64,000 nucleotides of DNA, taken from NCBI GenBank assembly GCA_947501605.1, contig CANMWZ010000012.1, forward strand, positions 42,795 through 106,794. Direction: 5' to 3'. This DNA comes from Planctomycetota bacterium (GTDB taxonomy: Bacteria; Planctomycetota; UBA1135; UBA2386). Positions 19,762-28,424 of this stretch are shown piece after piece. A program made the position numbers and the translations under genes. Every line of letters begins with the position of its first letter. Positions within the stretch are counted from its first letter, which is position 1. The notes below the pieces were generated by a model that saw only the letters and a list, made by a program, of their open reading frames with translations, searched no databases and was not told the DNA's origin.

Positions 19762-21864
19762 TCAACCGCGCAGCTTGTCCAACGGCAGATCGCGCTTGTT
19801 GAGGTAGAAGTCGATCCGTTCGTACTCCGTGTGCGTCTTGCGCTCGGCGACTTCGGCCATGGTCTTTGGCGGTGGCACGATGACCTTGTCGCCCGGCTTC
19901 CAGTTGACCGGCATCGCACAGCCGTGCTTCTCTGACATCTGCAGGCCGTCGAGCAATCGCAGCAGTTCGTCGCAGCTGCGACCGACGCTCATTGGGTAGT
20001 AGACCAGCGCGCGAATCGTCCGCTTGGGATCGAGCAGAAAGACCGAGCGCACGGTCGCCGTGCTCGAAGCGCCGGGATGCAGCATGCCGTAGGCCATCGC
20101 GACCTTCATGTCGAGGTCGGCGATCATCGGGTACTTGATGGCAACACCGAGGATGTGCTCGAGGTTCTCGATCCACGCAAGGTGACTGTGGACCGAGTCA
20201 ATGCTCAGTCCGATGAGCTTGGTGTTGCGCAGGGTGAACTCTTCACTGCGCCTTTGGAACTCGGTCAACTCGGTCGAGCACACCGGCGTGAAATCGGCCG
20301 GGTGGCTGAACAGCATCACCCATTTGCCGTCCTGCCATTTGCTGAAGTTGAGTTCGCCGTGGGTCGTAATCGCGGTGAAGTCGGGGGCGAGATCGCCGAT
20401 GCGCGGAATGCCGCCACTCGTGGTGCAGGTGTCCATTTTGGGCTCTTGGTTTGGATGCTCAGGCGTCACTGTGCGTGAATGAGTCGGGGGAAACGCGGCG
20501 AGCCAACCGGCCATGCCGCCTTCAAGATCACTGGGTTGCTCGTGTCCGTGCTGCACCGCGATCGTGGCAGCAATCGTCGAGCGATAGCCGCTCTGACATT
20601 GAAACACGAGCGAACGGTTGCGCGGCAACTCGCCGATGCGCGACCCGAGGCTGCCGAGTGGGATGTGCACACTGCCGGCGATGTGGTTCTGCGCGCGCTC
20701 ACCCGCTTCGCGAATGTCGACCACGAGCGGCGGTGCCGGCCCGTCCAGCACCGCGGCAAGTGCCGGCGGCAGCAGGCGGATGAGGCGAGGCAATGCTCGA
20801 CCTCGCCCGAGCGCCGCCGCCTCAGGTGCAGCGAGGACTCCGTGCACGAGGTCGAAGCCGATGCGAGAGAGCCGCATCACGGCTTCGCGTTCGCGGCCGA
20901 CATCGGCGATGACGACGATTGGACGCGCGCCATCGACAAGCGCGCCGACCCAACTCGCGAAGCGGCCATCGAGTCCGATGTGGATGCTCCCGCGTACAAA
21001 ACCGGCGGCCAACGCATTGGGATTGCGCACGTCGAGCACCGTCATTCCCTGCTGCTGGCAATCGAGCAACTCGGCCATCGACAACGGTCGCAAGCGCGTT
21101 GCGATGGTCGAGTCGAGCGTCGGGAGTTGCTCGCGGTTCTTGGCTGCTGCCCGCGCGAAGTACGCTGGCGCCGGTGGTAGGTCCTTCACCGCCAGGTCGA
21201 CGAACTCTTGCGCGCTCATCGGTCGCAGCATGCAGTTGCCGGTGCGCTGTGCGCCGATGGTCGAAACGCGGTCCTGGCTGAGGTTCTTGCCACAGGCAGA
21301 ACCGGCGCCGTGCCCGGGGTAGACCAACGTGGCGTCAGGCAACCGCAACAACTTGTCGTGCAGCGACGCGTGCAGCCTTCGCGCGAGGTCGTGCGCCGTC
21401 ACCCCGCTCGCAGCCATGAGGTCGGGCCGGCCGACATCACCGAGGAACAAGGTGTCGCCGGTCAGCACCGCGACGGGTTCGTCGCCGTGATCGAGATCGT
21501 ACACGGCAAAGCACACGCTCTCCGGCGTGTGACCCGGCGTCGCCAGCACGGCGATGCGCAGCGCGCCGAACTGAAGCGCTTGGCCATCGGTCAGTGGTTG
21601 GTAGTCAAAGTCAGTCCGTGCGCCAGCACCGAGATGGATCTTGGCGCCCGTGCGTTGCTGCAGTTCGAGATGGCCCGCCACGAAGTCAGCGTGCACGTGC
21701 GTCAGCAGCACGTGCTCGATGCGCAGACCAAGAGCCGTGGCCCGCTCGACGTACTCATCGACGTCGCGGCGCGGATCGACGATCACAGCAATGCCCGTGG
21801 ACTCGTCGCCGAGCAGGTAGGAAGCCTGCGAGAGGCACGCGAGATACAACTGCTCGAGGATCAT
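19762..21864 (-). CDS. CstB-like persulfide dioxygenase (MBL fold) + two rhodanese domains fused to a Prx6-type peroxiredoxin
   Basis: THVHADF, TPGHTPE, TGDTLF, PGHGAGSACG; pseudo-rhodanese; active rhodanese CQSGYRS; then FSHPADFTPVCSTE. One uninterrupted 700-codon frame with an internal ATG at 20436. Confidence 0.85.
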   Translation of the reverse strand: MILEQLYLACLSQASYLLGDESTGIAVIVDPRRDVDEYVERATALGLRIEHVLLTHVHADFVAGHLELQQRTGAKIHLGAGARTDFDYQPLTDGQALQFGALRIAVLATPGHTPESVCFAVYDLDHGDEPVAVLTGDTLFLGDVGRPDLMAASGVTAHDLARRLHASLHDKLLRLPDATLVYPGHGAGSACGKNLSQDRVSTIGAQRTGNCMLRPMSAQEFVDLAVKDLPPAPAYFARAAAKNREQLPTLDSTIATRLRPLSMAELLDCQQQGMTVLDVRNPNALAAGFVRGSIHIGLDGRFASWVGALVDGARPIVVIADVGREREAVMRLSRIGFDLVHGVLAAPEAAALGRGRALPRLIRLLPPALAAVLDGPAPPLVVDIREAGERAQNHIAGSVHIPLGSLGSRIGELPRNRSLVFQCQSGYRSTIAATIAVQHGHEQPSDLEGGMAGWLAAFPPTHSRTVTPEHPNQEPKMDTCTTSGGIPRIGDLAPDFTAITTHGELNFSKWQDGKWVMLFSHPADFTPVCSTELTEFQRRSEEFTLRNTKLIGLSIDSVHSHLAWIENLEHILGVAIKYPMIADLDMKVAMAYGMLHPGASSTATVRSVFLLDPKRTIRALVYYPMSVGRSCDELLRLLDGLQMSEKHGCAMPVNWKPGDKVIVPPPKTMAEVAERKTHTEYERIDFYLNKRDLPLDKLRG

Positions 21865-22091
21865 GGCTAGCGAGGCATCTAGAAGACTGTCACGTTAGCG
21901 AACAGGCCGTCGGTTGCGATCTGCCCACACTAGAAGTGGTTTCACAACAAGCCGGCGAGCGAGGCCGAGCAACGAAGGCCGCGGGCAAGGAGCGAGTTCG
22001 CAGCAGCCTCCGTGAGCACCGCGGAGAACTCGCGACGCCGCCACCGGCATGCGAGCTGGCCCTAGAGCCTCGTCGTAGTGTTCGCGGCGCT

Positions 22092-23249
22092 CTACTTCTT
22101 CTCTTCCGGCACCGGGAAACCTGCCGGCAACTCCACTGGCCCGTTCTCCACGTCGCCGCTCCCGGGAAGGTCCGCCAATAGCACCGTCATCGACACCGGC
22201 GCGTCTTCGCGCTTCTTCTGCACGCGCATCCCCACGGCGTCGCCGGCCATGCGTGCGCCGATCAACATCTGCAGGTGCGCACCGTTGCGGATCGCAATGC
22301 CGTCGATGTCGACGATCACATCGCCCTTGCGCAGCCCGGCCTGTGCCGCGACGCCATCTTTCGGCGTGCCACTCAGGCGCGCGCCAGGACCCAAGTGCGC
22401 CGGATCGAGCGTGACCCCGAGCCAACCGCGCTGCAGTCGTTCGCCCTGCTTCATGCGTTCGATCAGCTCTGGGATGTCGGCGATCGTCGAGCAAAAGCCG
22501 ATGCCCGAGTCGTACCACTCCACACCGGCATCGCGACCCGATGGCGACAACGGCACCGCGAGACCCAGCACCTTGCCCTCGACGTCGACCACCGCGCCGC
22601 CGTAGTTGGCGGGTGACGTGTAGGCGTCAATCTGCAAGGCGCGACCAAACTGCCGCTTTTGGGCGCTGACGATCCCGAAGTGCACCGTCGGCTCGTCGCT
22701 AGCGAACGTCCGGCCCAGCACGAACGCCCACTGCCCGACCCGCACATCCTTCGGATCGACCAGTTGCGCAACCGGCAGACTCGTTGCCTCGATCTTGAGC
22801 AGCGCCATACCGCGGCTGGTGTCCTCGCCCTTCCGCACCGCATGGAAGGTCTCGCCGCCAGGAATACCGACCAGGATCGTGGTCGGGTCGTAGTTGAGGC
22901 AGAACCGCGACACCAGGATCCAGCCGTCCGCGCCAACGATCAGGCCCGTGCTCTTGCCTTGCGATTGATGGAAGCCCGGGTCCTTCAGCGGCAGGTTGCC
23001 TTTGCGATCGGGATTGGCCGGCGGCTTCGGCACCGGTCGCGGTTGCGCTGGAGCTGTCGAGTCGACGGGCCCGTCATCGCCCAGAACTCGGCGCGTGCCG
23101 CCAAAGGTCTCGATCGTCACGACCCACGGCGCGGCGTGTTCGACCGCCGCCCGGAGCACGGGCTGTAGACGCACGAACTCGTCGAGGTCCGCGCGCTGTT
23201 GCGCACTCGCGAGAGCGCCGAGCACGACGGCAACAAGCCACCGCCTCAT
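22092..23249 (-). CDS. HtrA-like trypsin+PDZ protein, catalytically degenerate
   Basis: Signal peptide, STGLIV, VRVGQW...GR, DAYTSPANYGG (Ser->Tyr), GWLGV PDZ. Confidence 0.85.
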   Translation of the reverse strand: MRRWLVAVVLGALASAQQRADLDEFVRLQPVLRAAVEHAAPWVVTIETFGGTRRVLGDDGPVDSTAPAQPRPVPKPPANPDRKGNLPLKDPGFHQSQGKSTGLIVGADGWILVSRFCLNYDPTTILVGIPGGETFHAVRKGEDTSRGMALLKIEATSLPVAQLVDPKDVRVGQWAFVLGRTFASDEPTVHFGIVSAQKRQFGRALQIDAYTSPANYGGAVVDVEGKVLGLAVPLSPSGRDAGVEWYDSGIGFCSTIADIPELIERMKQGERLQRGWLGVTLDPAHLGPGARLSGTPKDGVAAQAGLRKGDVIVDIDGIAIRNGAHLQMLIGARMAGDAVGMRVQKKREDAPVSMTVLLADLPGSGDVENGPVELPAGFPVPEEKK

Positions 23250-24337
23250 TGCTTGTCCTCCGCGAGTTCAAGGTCTCTCTGCATCACCTTGGTGCCGCGC
23301 TTCCAGGTCAGCATGACCTTGTCGCCCGGTTCGAACTTCTTCAGCACGTCGTCGAACTCCTTGCAGCTACGTACCGAGTAGTCGCCGATGCGGACGATCA
23401 GGTCGTCCGGACGCAGCCCGATCGCCGCCGCCGGCGAATCGCGCTCTGCACGGTCGACGTAAGCGGGCGGCGAAGCCCGGCCAGCCTGGCGAAACAACAC
23501 GATGCCGGTGCGCACGGGGCGCCGATCGCTCTCGGTCACCTCGCGCAAATCGCCGTTCACGTGCTCGCGCAGGTACGGCAGCAGATCGCGCGACGGAATC
23601 GCAGCCGACAGCATCGTGTTGGTCTCCTTGCTCTCGAGCAATCGCATGTTGAAGCCGATCCAACGGCCGTCGAGAGCAAATAGCCCGCCGCCGTAGTGGC
23701 CCGGGTTGTTGCACGCGTCAGTCAGGATCAGATCGCCGTCGTACTGCACGTCGGCGAGACGAAAGCGCAATGCCGTGTTGGCCCTGCCCACCACGATGCC
23801 GAACGTCGCTGAGACCTTCTCGGAGAACTCCGCAAGGCGGAAACAGTTGCCAAGCGACACGACGAAATCGCCGGTCCGGTAGAGCGGCGCATCGCTCTCG
23901 TCGGGCCAGATCGGGTGCAGCAGACCCTGGCATTGCTCCGGGTCGATCTTGAGCAGACGCACGCCGAGTTTGCCGTCCTCGGGCAGCACTTGTGCGTCGT
24001 GCACCGAACCGTCGTAGAGCACCACACGCGTCCGTTCCTTTTGCACCAACACTTGGTCCAACGTCAGCACGTGACCCTTCGCACTGACGACGATGCCCGT
24101 CGCGTACGGAGTGATCGTCGAGAGGCCTGAGGCGCCGTGCACCTTGACGATGCTCGGCAGCAGCCGGTCGATCGCGCTCTCGACCTTGGTCGCCGGCGCG
24201 CGCTCGGCAAAGGCGTAGCTCGCGTGCACATCCGCGGACTGCGCTTCCGCAGGCGGCTTCGTTGCATCGGGCAAGTTGGGTTCCCCTTGCGCCGCGAGAT
24301 CTGTCAGGGCCAGGAGTAGAACGAGGTACCTCTTCAC
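23246..24337 (-). CDS. HtrA-like trypsin+PDZ protein, catalytically degenerate
   Basis: GTG start in GTGA overlap; ATGIVVS..GHVLT, DACNNPGHYGG (Ser->Tyr), SPAAAIGLRPDDLI PDZ. Confidence 0.85.
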   Translation of the reverse strand: MKRYLVLLLALTDLAAQGEPNLPDATKPPAEAQSADVHASYAFAERAPATKVESAIDRLLPSIVKVHGASGLSTITPYATGIVVSAKGHVLTLDQVLVQKERTRVVLYDGSVHDAQVLPEDGKLGVRLLKIDPEQCQGLLHPIWPDESDAPLYRTGDFVVSLGNCFRLAEFSEKVSATFGIVVGRANTALRFRLADVQYDGDLILTDACNNPGHYGGGLFALDGRWIGFNMRLLESKETNTMLSAAIPSRDLLPYLREHVNGDLREVTESDRRPVRTGIVLFRQAGRASPPAYVDRAERDSPAAAIGLRPDDLIVRIGDYSVRSCKEFDDVLKKFEPGDKVMLTWKRGTKVMQRDLELAEDKQ

Positions 24338-26121
24338 TGCGGCCTCCCGAACACGGAGTCTTCGACTTGGACGTCGGTCGCGTAGCTCGCCACTCGCCAA
24401 CCGCGGTCGAACACGCCGTCGCGGATGACGCGAACACTGCTGCCATCGCAATGCAGTTCGAGCTTCTCGCGGCGCACGGGATCGCGCAGCGAACAGCCCG
24501 CCGCACTGCCGTCGGCGAACAGAAAGAACTCGAGTTCCCCGTCGCCTGGGAGCGAGTAGCGGTAGGCCGGGCGGCCGAGCACGTGCACGCCGCCGAGAAG
24601 AAGCGCCTCATCGAACCGCTCGCCGCGATCACAGCCGATCCACAGCAGTGGATTGCAGCGCACGAGCCGTTGCAGCAACGCGTCGCCTTCGACATTGGGG
24701 TCGGCTTCACTCCGCGTGCGAAGGAAACGCACGCCATCGCGGTCCATCGCGGTGGCTTCGCGCGCCATGTCGCGCACTATCGACCACTTGGCGCCGTCGC
24801 GGTCCGCGAATGCGAGTGTGACCGTGCGCTGCGCCGTGGGCGATGTCGCGCGCGCCCTCATCGCCTTGGTGGCGAGCTGCCGTTCGATCAGACTGCTCAG
24901 GCGCTCAGTGTCCGTTCGCGCATCCTTGCTGCTGCCGGTGTCGAGACGCGCCAAGCGGATGTCGACGAAGCGCTCGTCGCCAAAGCTGTTGTCGACGTTC
25001 TCTGGGCGATAGCCGAGTTCGATCCAGGCTCCCGCCGGCAACACGCCGATGCGCGTCGCCAGTTGGTTGGCCGAACGCACATCTTCGCCTTGGAAGTGCA
25101 CGATCTCGTCGCCGAGCTTGATGCCAGCGACCGCGGCGACCGAGTCCTTGTAGAGCTGCTGCACGAAGACACCGTGCCGCTCGTCGCCGTTCTTCGTCTT
25201 CTTGAACCAGGCACTCAGGTCCAGCGTGCCGTGCTCCGCGTGGCGACCGGCGAGCAGGTCGGGCAAGAAGTTGCGCACCTGATTGCACGCGATCGCAAAG
25301 CCGACGCCGACGTTGACGCGACCGCGATCCCCGAGCGAGATGCGGCCGTTGATGCCGATGACTTTGCCGTCCTCGTCGAACAGCGGCCCCCCCGAGTTGC
25401 CCGGATTGATCGCTGCATCGACTTGGATGCAGTCGGGATATACCAGCATGCGATTGCCCTGGCCTTCCTGGTACCGATGCGTGCCGGAGACGATGCCAAA
25501 GGTCACCGTCGGCGTGAAATCGGTCGCCAGCAAGAACGGGTTGCCCATGGCAAACACCGTCTGGCCGACGAGCAGCGCGTCCGAATCGCCGAGTTCGCAG
25601 CAGGGCCAGGTTTGGCCGTCGAGCTTTGGCAGCAGCCGCAGCACCGCGAGATCGCTGCCGGGATCGACACCGAGCACCACGGCTTCATAGAGCTCGCCGT
25701 CCGGCAGACCGACCTTCTTGTTGCGCCAGTGGTTCGTGCCGGATGGCCAGTGCTGCTGCTTCCACGCGTCCTGCCAGTCGCTGACGAATCGGTTCTCGTC
25801 TTCGCTGCTGGCTGCGGGATTGGCGGCCTTGAAGGTCTGCAAGGCTTCGGCCGGCGGCGCCGGCGGTGCGGGCAGCACCTTGTCCTTCGGCGTCTTGTCG
25901 TTGGTGTCGGCACCACCGATGACGTGGAAGTTGGTCAGCACATAGCCGCGAGGGTCGATCACGACGCCGCTGCCGCCGCCTGGGGCTTGCATGTCCATCA
26001 CCGAACACACGGCGGGAGCACACCGGGCAATGACTTCGACGCGGCGTTGCTCCGCGACACGCACGGCGGCGACCGAAGGGTCTTGAGGCCAGAGCGCGAT
26101 CAACAACGACAACACCAGCAT
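24334..26121 (-). CDS. HtrA/DegP-like serine protease with PDZ and C-terminal extension
   Basis: GSGVVID, LTNFHV (His), SDLAVL (Asp), DAAINPGNSGGPL (Ser). Confidence 0.92.
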   Translation of the reverse strand: MLVLSLLIALWPQDPSVAAVRVAEQRRVEVIARCAPAVCSVMDMQAPGGGSGVVIDPRGYVLTNFHVIGGADTNDKTPKDKVLPAPPAPPAEALQTFKAANPAASSEDENRFVSDWQDAWKQQHWPSGTNHWRNKKVGLPDGELYEAVVLGVDPGSDLAVLRLLPKLDGQTWPCCELGDSDALLVGQTVFAMGNPFLLATDFTPTVTFGIVSGTHRYQEGQGNRMLVYPDCIQVDAAINPGNSGGPLFDEDGKVIGINGRISLGDRGRVNVGVGFAIACNQVRNFLPDLLAGRHAEHGTLDLSAWFKKTKNGDERHGVFVQQLYKDSVAAVAGIKLGDEIVHFQGEDVRSANQLATRIGVLPAGAWIELGYRPENVDNSFGDERFVDIRLARLDTGSSKDARTDTERLSSLIERQLATKAMRARATSPTAQRTVTLAFADRDGAKWSIVRDMAREATAMDRDGVRFLRTRSEADPNVEGDALLQRLVRCNPLLWIGCDRGERFDEALLLGGVHVLGRPAYRYSLPGDGELEFFLFADGSAAGCSLRDPVRREKLELHCDGSSVRVIRDGVFDRGWRVASYATDVQVEDSVFGRPQ

Positions 26122-26160
26122 CGCGACTCCGTCAGTTCGGGGATTCGGTCGTTCGGGGGG

Positions 26161-27390
26161 TCACTTCGGCGCGACAGTCGAGGTCTGCAGTACACGCGCT
26201 TCTGCGAAGGCACACAGGTCACCCAGATCGAAGTCGTTGCCAAAGTCGGCTTCGAGCGTGAGTTCGCGGCAACGCGCCAGTTGGAGGTGGATCAACCGCG
26301 GCTGCGAACCAGGTCCACTCAGCGTCACCTCGAACAACAGCTTGCCATCCGTGAGCACGCGGAAGATCGCGTGGGCCTGTGGGCCGGAACGTTCGTCGAA
26401 ACCGAGGACCGCCTCGAACACGTCGTAACGGCCACCGAGTTCGAAGGTGAGGCGCGTGCGCGGCACCATCACGAGGCCACGCGCGTAGGTCACGCCACCG
26501 AGCACGATTCCGGGGCCGGCCGGTGACCGATCGACAGTCCACGGCCAGACACGATCGAACGCAGCAGTTTGCTCCACCCTTGGCTGCATCGATGAGAGCC
26601 ATGCGAGCTTGTCGCTCTGGACGTCGAGGCCGAGCAGGCGCGAAGCGGGCACTTCCAAGATCGCGCCTTCGTCAAGCTGCAGCTTCACGCTGGCACCAAT
26701 CGCCAGCAGCTTGCCAAAACAGACTTCGCCTCCGGCCAACGAAGCTTGCACACGCGGCGCCGGCAGGCGATCCGGCGCGAAGCCAGTGTTCTTGCCGAAC
26801 ACGATCGCAGCCACACTGTTGTCACCTCGCAGCGGAAACTCGTAACTCGAGCCACGGAGGTCGAAGTGCACGTTGCCGTCGCGCACGGCCTCGATCGTGA
26901 CGCCAAATCGCTGCGGGGCGCCGTCCTTGACCACGTACAGGTAGTCGCGGTTCTCATCGGGCTCCTTGCGATCGGCGGTGAAGGTCTGCGGATCGTTGGC
27001 GCGCGAGCGCACGGCGGCAACCGTGGTCAGTGGCACTCGAAGCTCGCCCCCGGACGCCAGCTCGATCAGCAGCTGATTGGGTGTTGAGGCAGTGGCGGCA
27101 ACACCGTCGATCCTGGTAGCCGGCAACAGCGAGCCCGATCGCAACCACACGCAGAAGTTCGCCTTCGCCGGCGCTTCGACCCCGGCGGCGTCGAGCCGCA
27201 AGGACATCACGTCAGCAAGTGCGATCGTCTCAGCGCCGATCTGTAGCTCGTTGGCGTCGCCGACGACGATGCCAGTCAGCGTGCGACCGTCAATCGTCAC
27301 GATCGTGGCAGCCGACCCCTGCGCAGAAGCCGAGGCAAGGCCAAGCGCGACGCAGGCCGCAGCGACCGAGTATGTCCGTGCGCGCGTCAC
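26161..27390 (-). CDS. NPCBM/NEW2 domain exported protein
   Basis: GTG start in GTGA overlap; C-terminal LGGVTYARGL.M.PRT.LTF.LGG.Y..FEA.LG.D...FRV..DGK...L.L..DFG; N-terminal small beta repeats. Confidence 0.8.
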   Translation of the reverse strand: MTRARTYSVAAACVALGLASASAQGSAATIVTIDGRTLTGIVVGDANELQIGAETIALADVMSLRLDAAGVEAPAKANFCVWLRSGSLLPATRIDGVAATASTPNQLLIELASGGELRVPLTTVAAVRSRANDPQTFTADRKEPDENRDYLYVVKDGAPQRFGVTIEAVRDGNVHFDLRGSSYEFPLRGDNSVAAIVFGKNTGFAPDRLPAPRVQASLAGGEVCFGKLLAIGASVKLQLDEGAILEVPASRLLGLDVQSDKLAWLSSMQPRVEQTAAFDRVWPWTVDRSPAGPGIVLGGVTYARGLVMVPRTRLTFELGGRYDVFEAVLGFDERSGPQAHAIFRVLTDGKLLFEVTLSGPGSQPRLIHLQLARCRELTLEADFGNDFDLGDLCAFAEARVLQTSTVAPK

Positions 27391-28424
27391 TTGCCGTTGT
27401 TGCCCGTGCCAAGCTTCTTGTAGTAGCCCTCGAGCAGCTTGCGGTACTGCGGCGGCAGCTTCGTCTGCACCTGCGATTCGATCTGCTTCCGATCCTTCTC
27501 GGGCATCGGCCCCCATCGGTCGGCGAGGCTGACGCGCTTCTCGAGGTTGCCGATGCGGCCTTCGCCTTCGGTCAACGCACTCTGCGTCGCGGGGTTGTTC
27601 GAGGGACCATTGCCATTCGGCGGACCACCGGACTGCTTCTCTTGCTGCTCGTACATCTCGATGAGCTCGCTGAGCTCTTCGATCATCTCCTTCTGCTCGA
27701 CTTGGATCGGTTCGTTGGTCTTCTGCTTCTTCAGGTCGCGCCCGACCTTCTTCATGCGGTCGGCGAGCACGTGGAGCCGACTCTCTTGCTGGCGCTCTAG
27801 TTCAGCGACGCGCTGCTGCGCCGTAGCCCGGAAGCGTTCACTCGCCTGAGGAAACCATTCCATAAACGCGCGGAACCGCGGCAAAGCCAAATCGCCGCGA
27901 GGGATCTCCGCCAGCGCCTGGGCATAGAAGAAGGCCGTTTCGCCATCGAGCGGCGTCAAGTTGATATCGAGCTGGAAGTACTCGTTCAGGATTTCGACCG
28001 CGCGCTCGGGGTCGTCACTGTCGAGGAACAGTCGCGCCATGTGGTAGCGCACATGGCCGCCGAGCACCGTATCGGAGTCTTTGGCGAGGATCTCAGCGAG
28101 CGCGAGCACGGCCTTGGGATCCCCGTCCTCACCGAGCCTGACCGCGGCGTCGAAGTCCTTGCGCAAAGCGCGCATCAGAGCATCGGCAGCACGTTCGACG
28201 CCGACCTCGCCGACCTCGCGGGTGAACTGCTCCAACTGCGCGTCAGTGGCGCCGAGCTTCTTCGCATGCGCCTCGTAGGCCGCGCGATCGAATGGACGAA
28301 AGGGGCTCTGCACCGCCGGTGCCGAGGCCGCGGGCTCGTCCTGCGCGCGCAACACGCCGAACAGCGACGATGGTGCAAGACACAGAAAGGCGAGCGCGGC
28401 GGTCAGCTTGCTCGAAAGCGTCAC
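27387..28424 (-). CDS. Exported TPR/helical protein with C-terminal P.YR.L.E.YY motif
   Basis: Signal peptide, TPR-like helices, WGPMPEKDR...LPPQYRKLLEGYYKKL; GTGA overlaps on both sides. Confidence 0.75.
   Translation of the reverse strand: MTLSSKLTAALAFLCLAPSSLFGVLRAQDEPAASAPAVQSPFRPFDRAAYEAHAKKLGATDAQLEQFTREVGEVGVERAADALMRALRKDFDAAVRLGEDGDPKAVLALAEILAKDSDTVLGGHVRYHMARLFLDSDDPERAVEILNEYFQLDINLTPLDGETAFFYAQALAEIPRGDLALPRFRAFMEWFPQASERFRATAQQRVAELERQQESRLHVLADRMKKVGRDLKKQKTNEPIQVEQKEMIEELSELIEMYEQQEKQSGGPPNGNGPSNNPATQSALTEGEGRIGNLEKRVSLADRWGPMPEKDRKQIESQVQTKLPPQYRKLLEGYYKKLGTGNNGK

Noticed and set aside
21865..22091. CRP/FNR-like site and hairpin (GCGAGTTC...GAACTCGC) upstream of the sulfur fusion gene
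   Set aside because: Half-site spacing is wrong for CRP/FNR, and the hairpin is explicable by chance at this GC content.
22092..24337. The two degenerate HtrA genes as pseudogenes
   Set aside because: Frames, signal peptides, PDZ domains and coupled overlaps are intact, so they are treated as pseudoenzymes.
24262..26526. Long antisense ORFs (also 10996-12732, 16343-18127, 35098-37392, 56505-58922)
   Set aside because: They mirror well-supported genes on the opposite strand, lack motifs, and are expected from high-GC codon bias.
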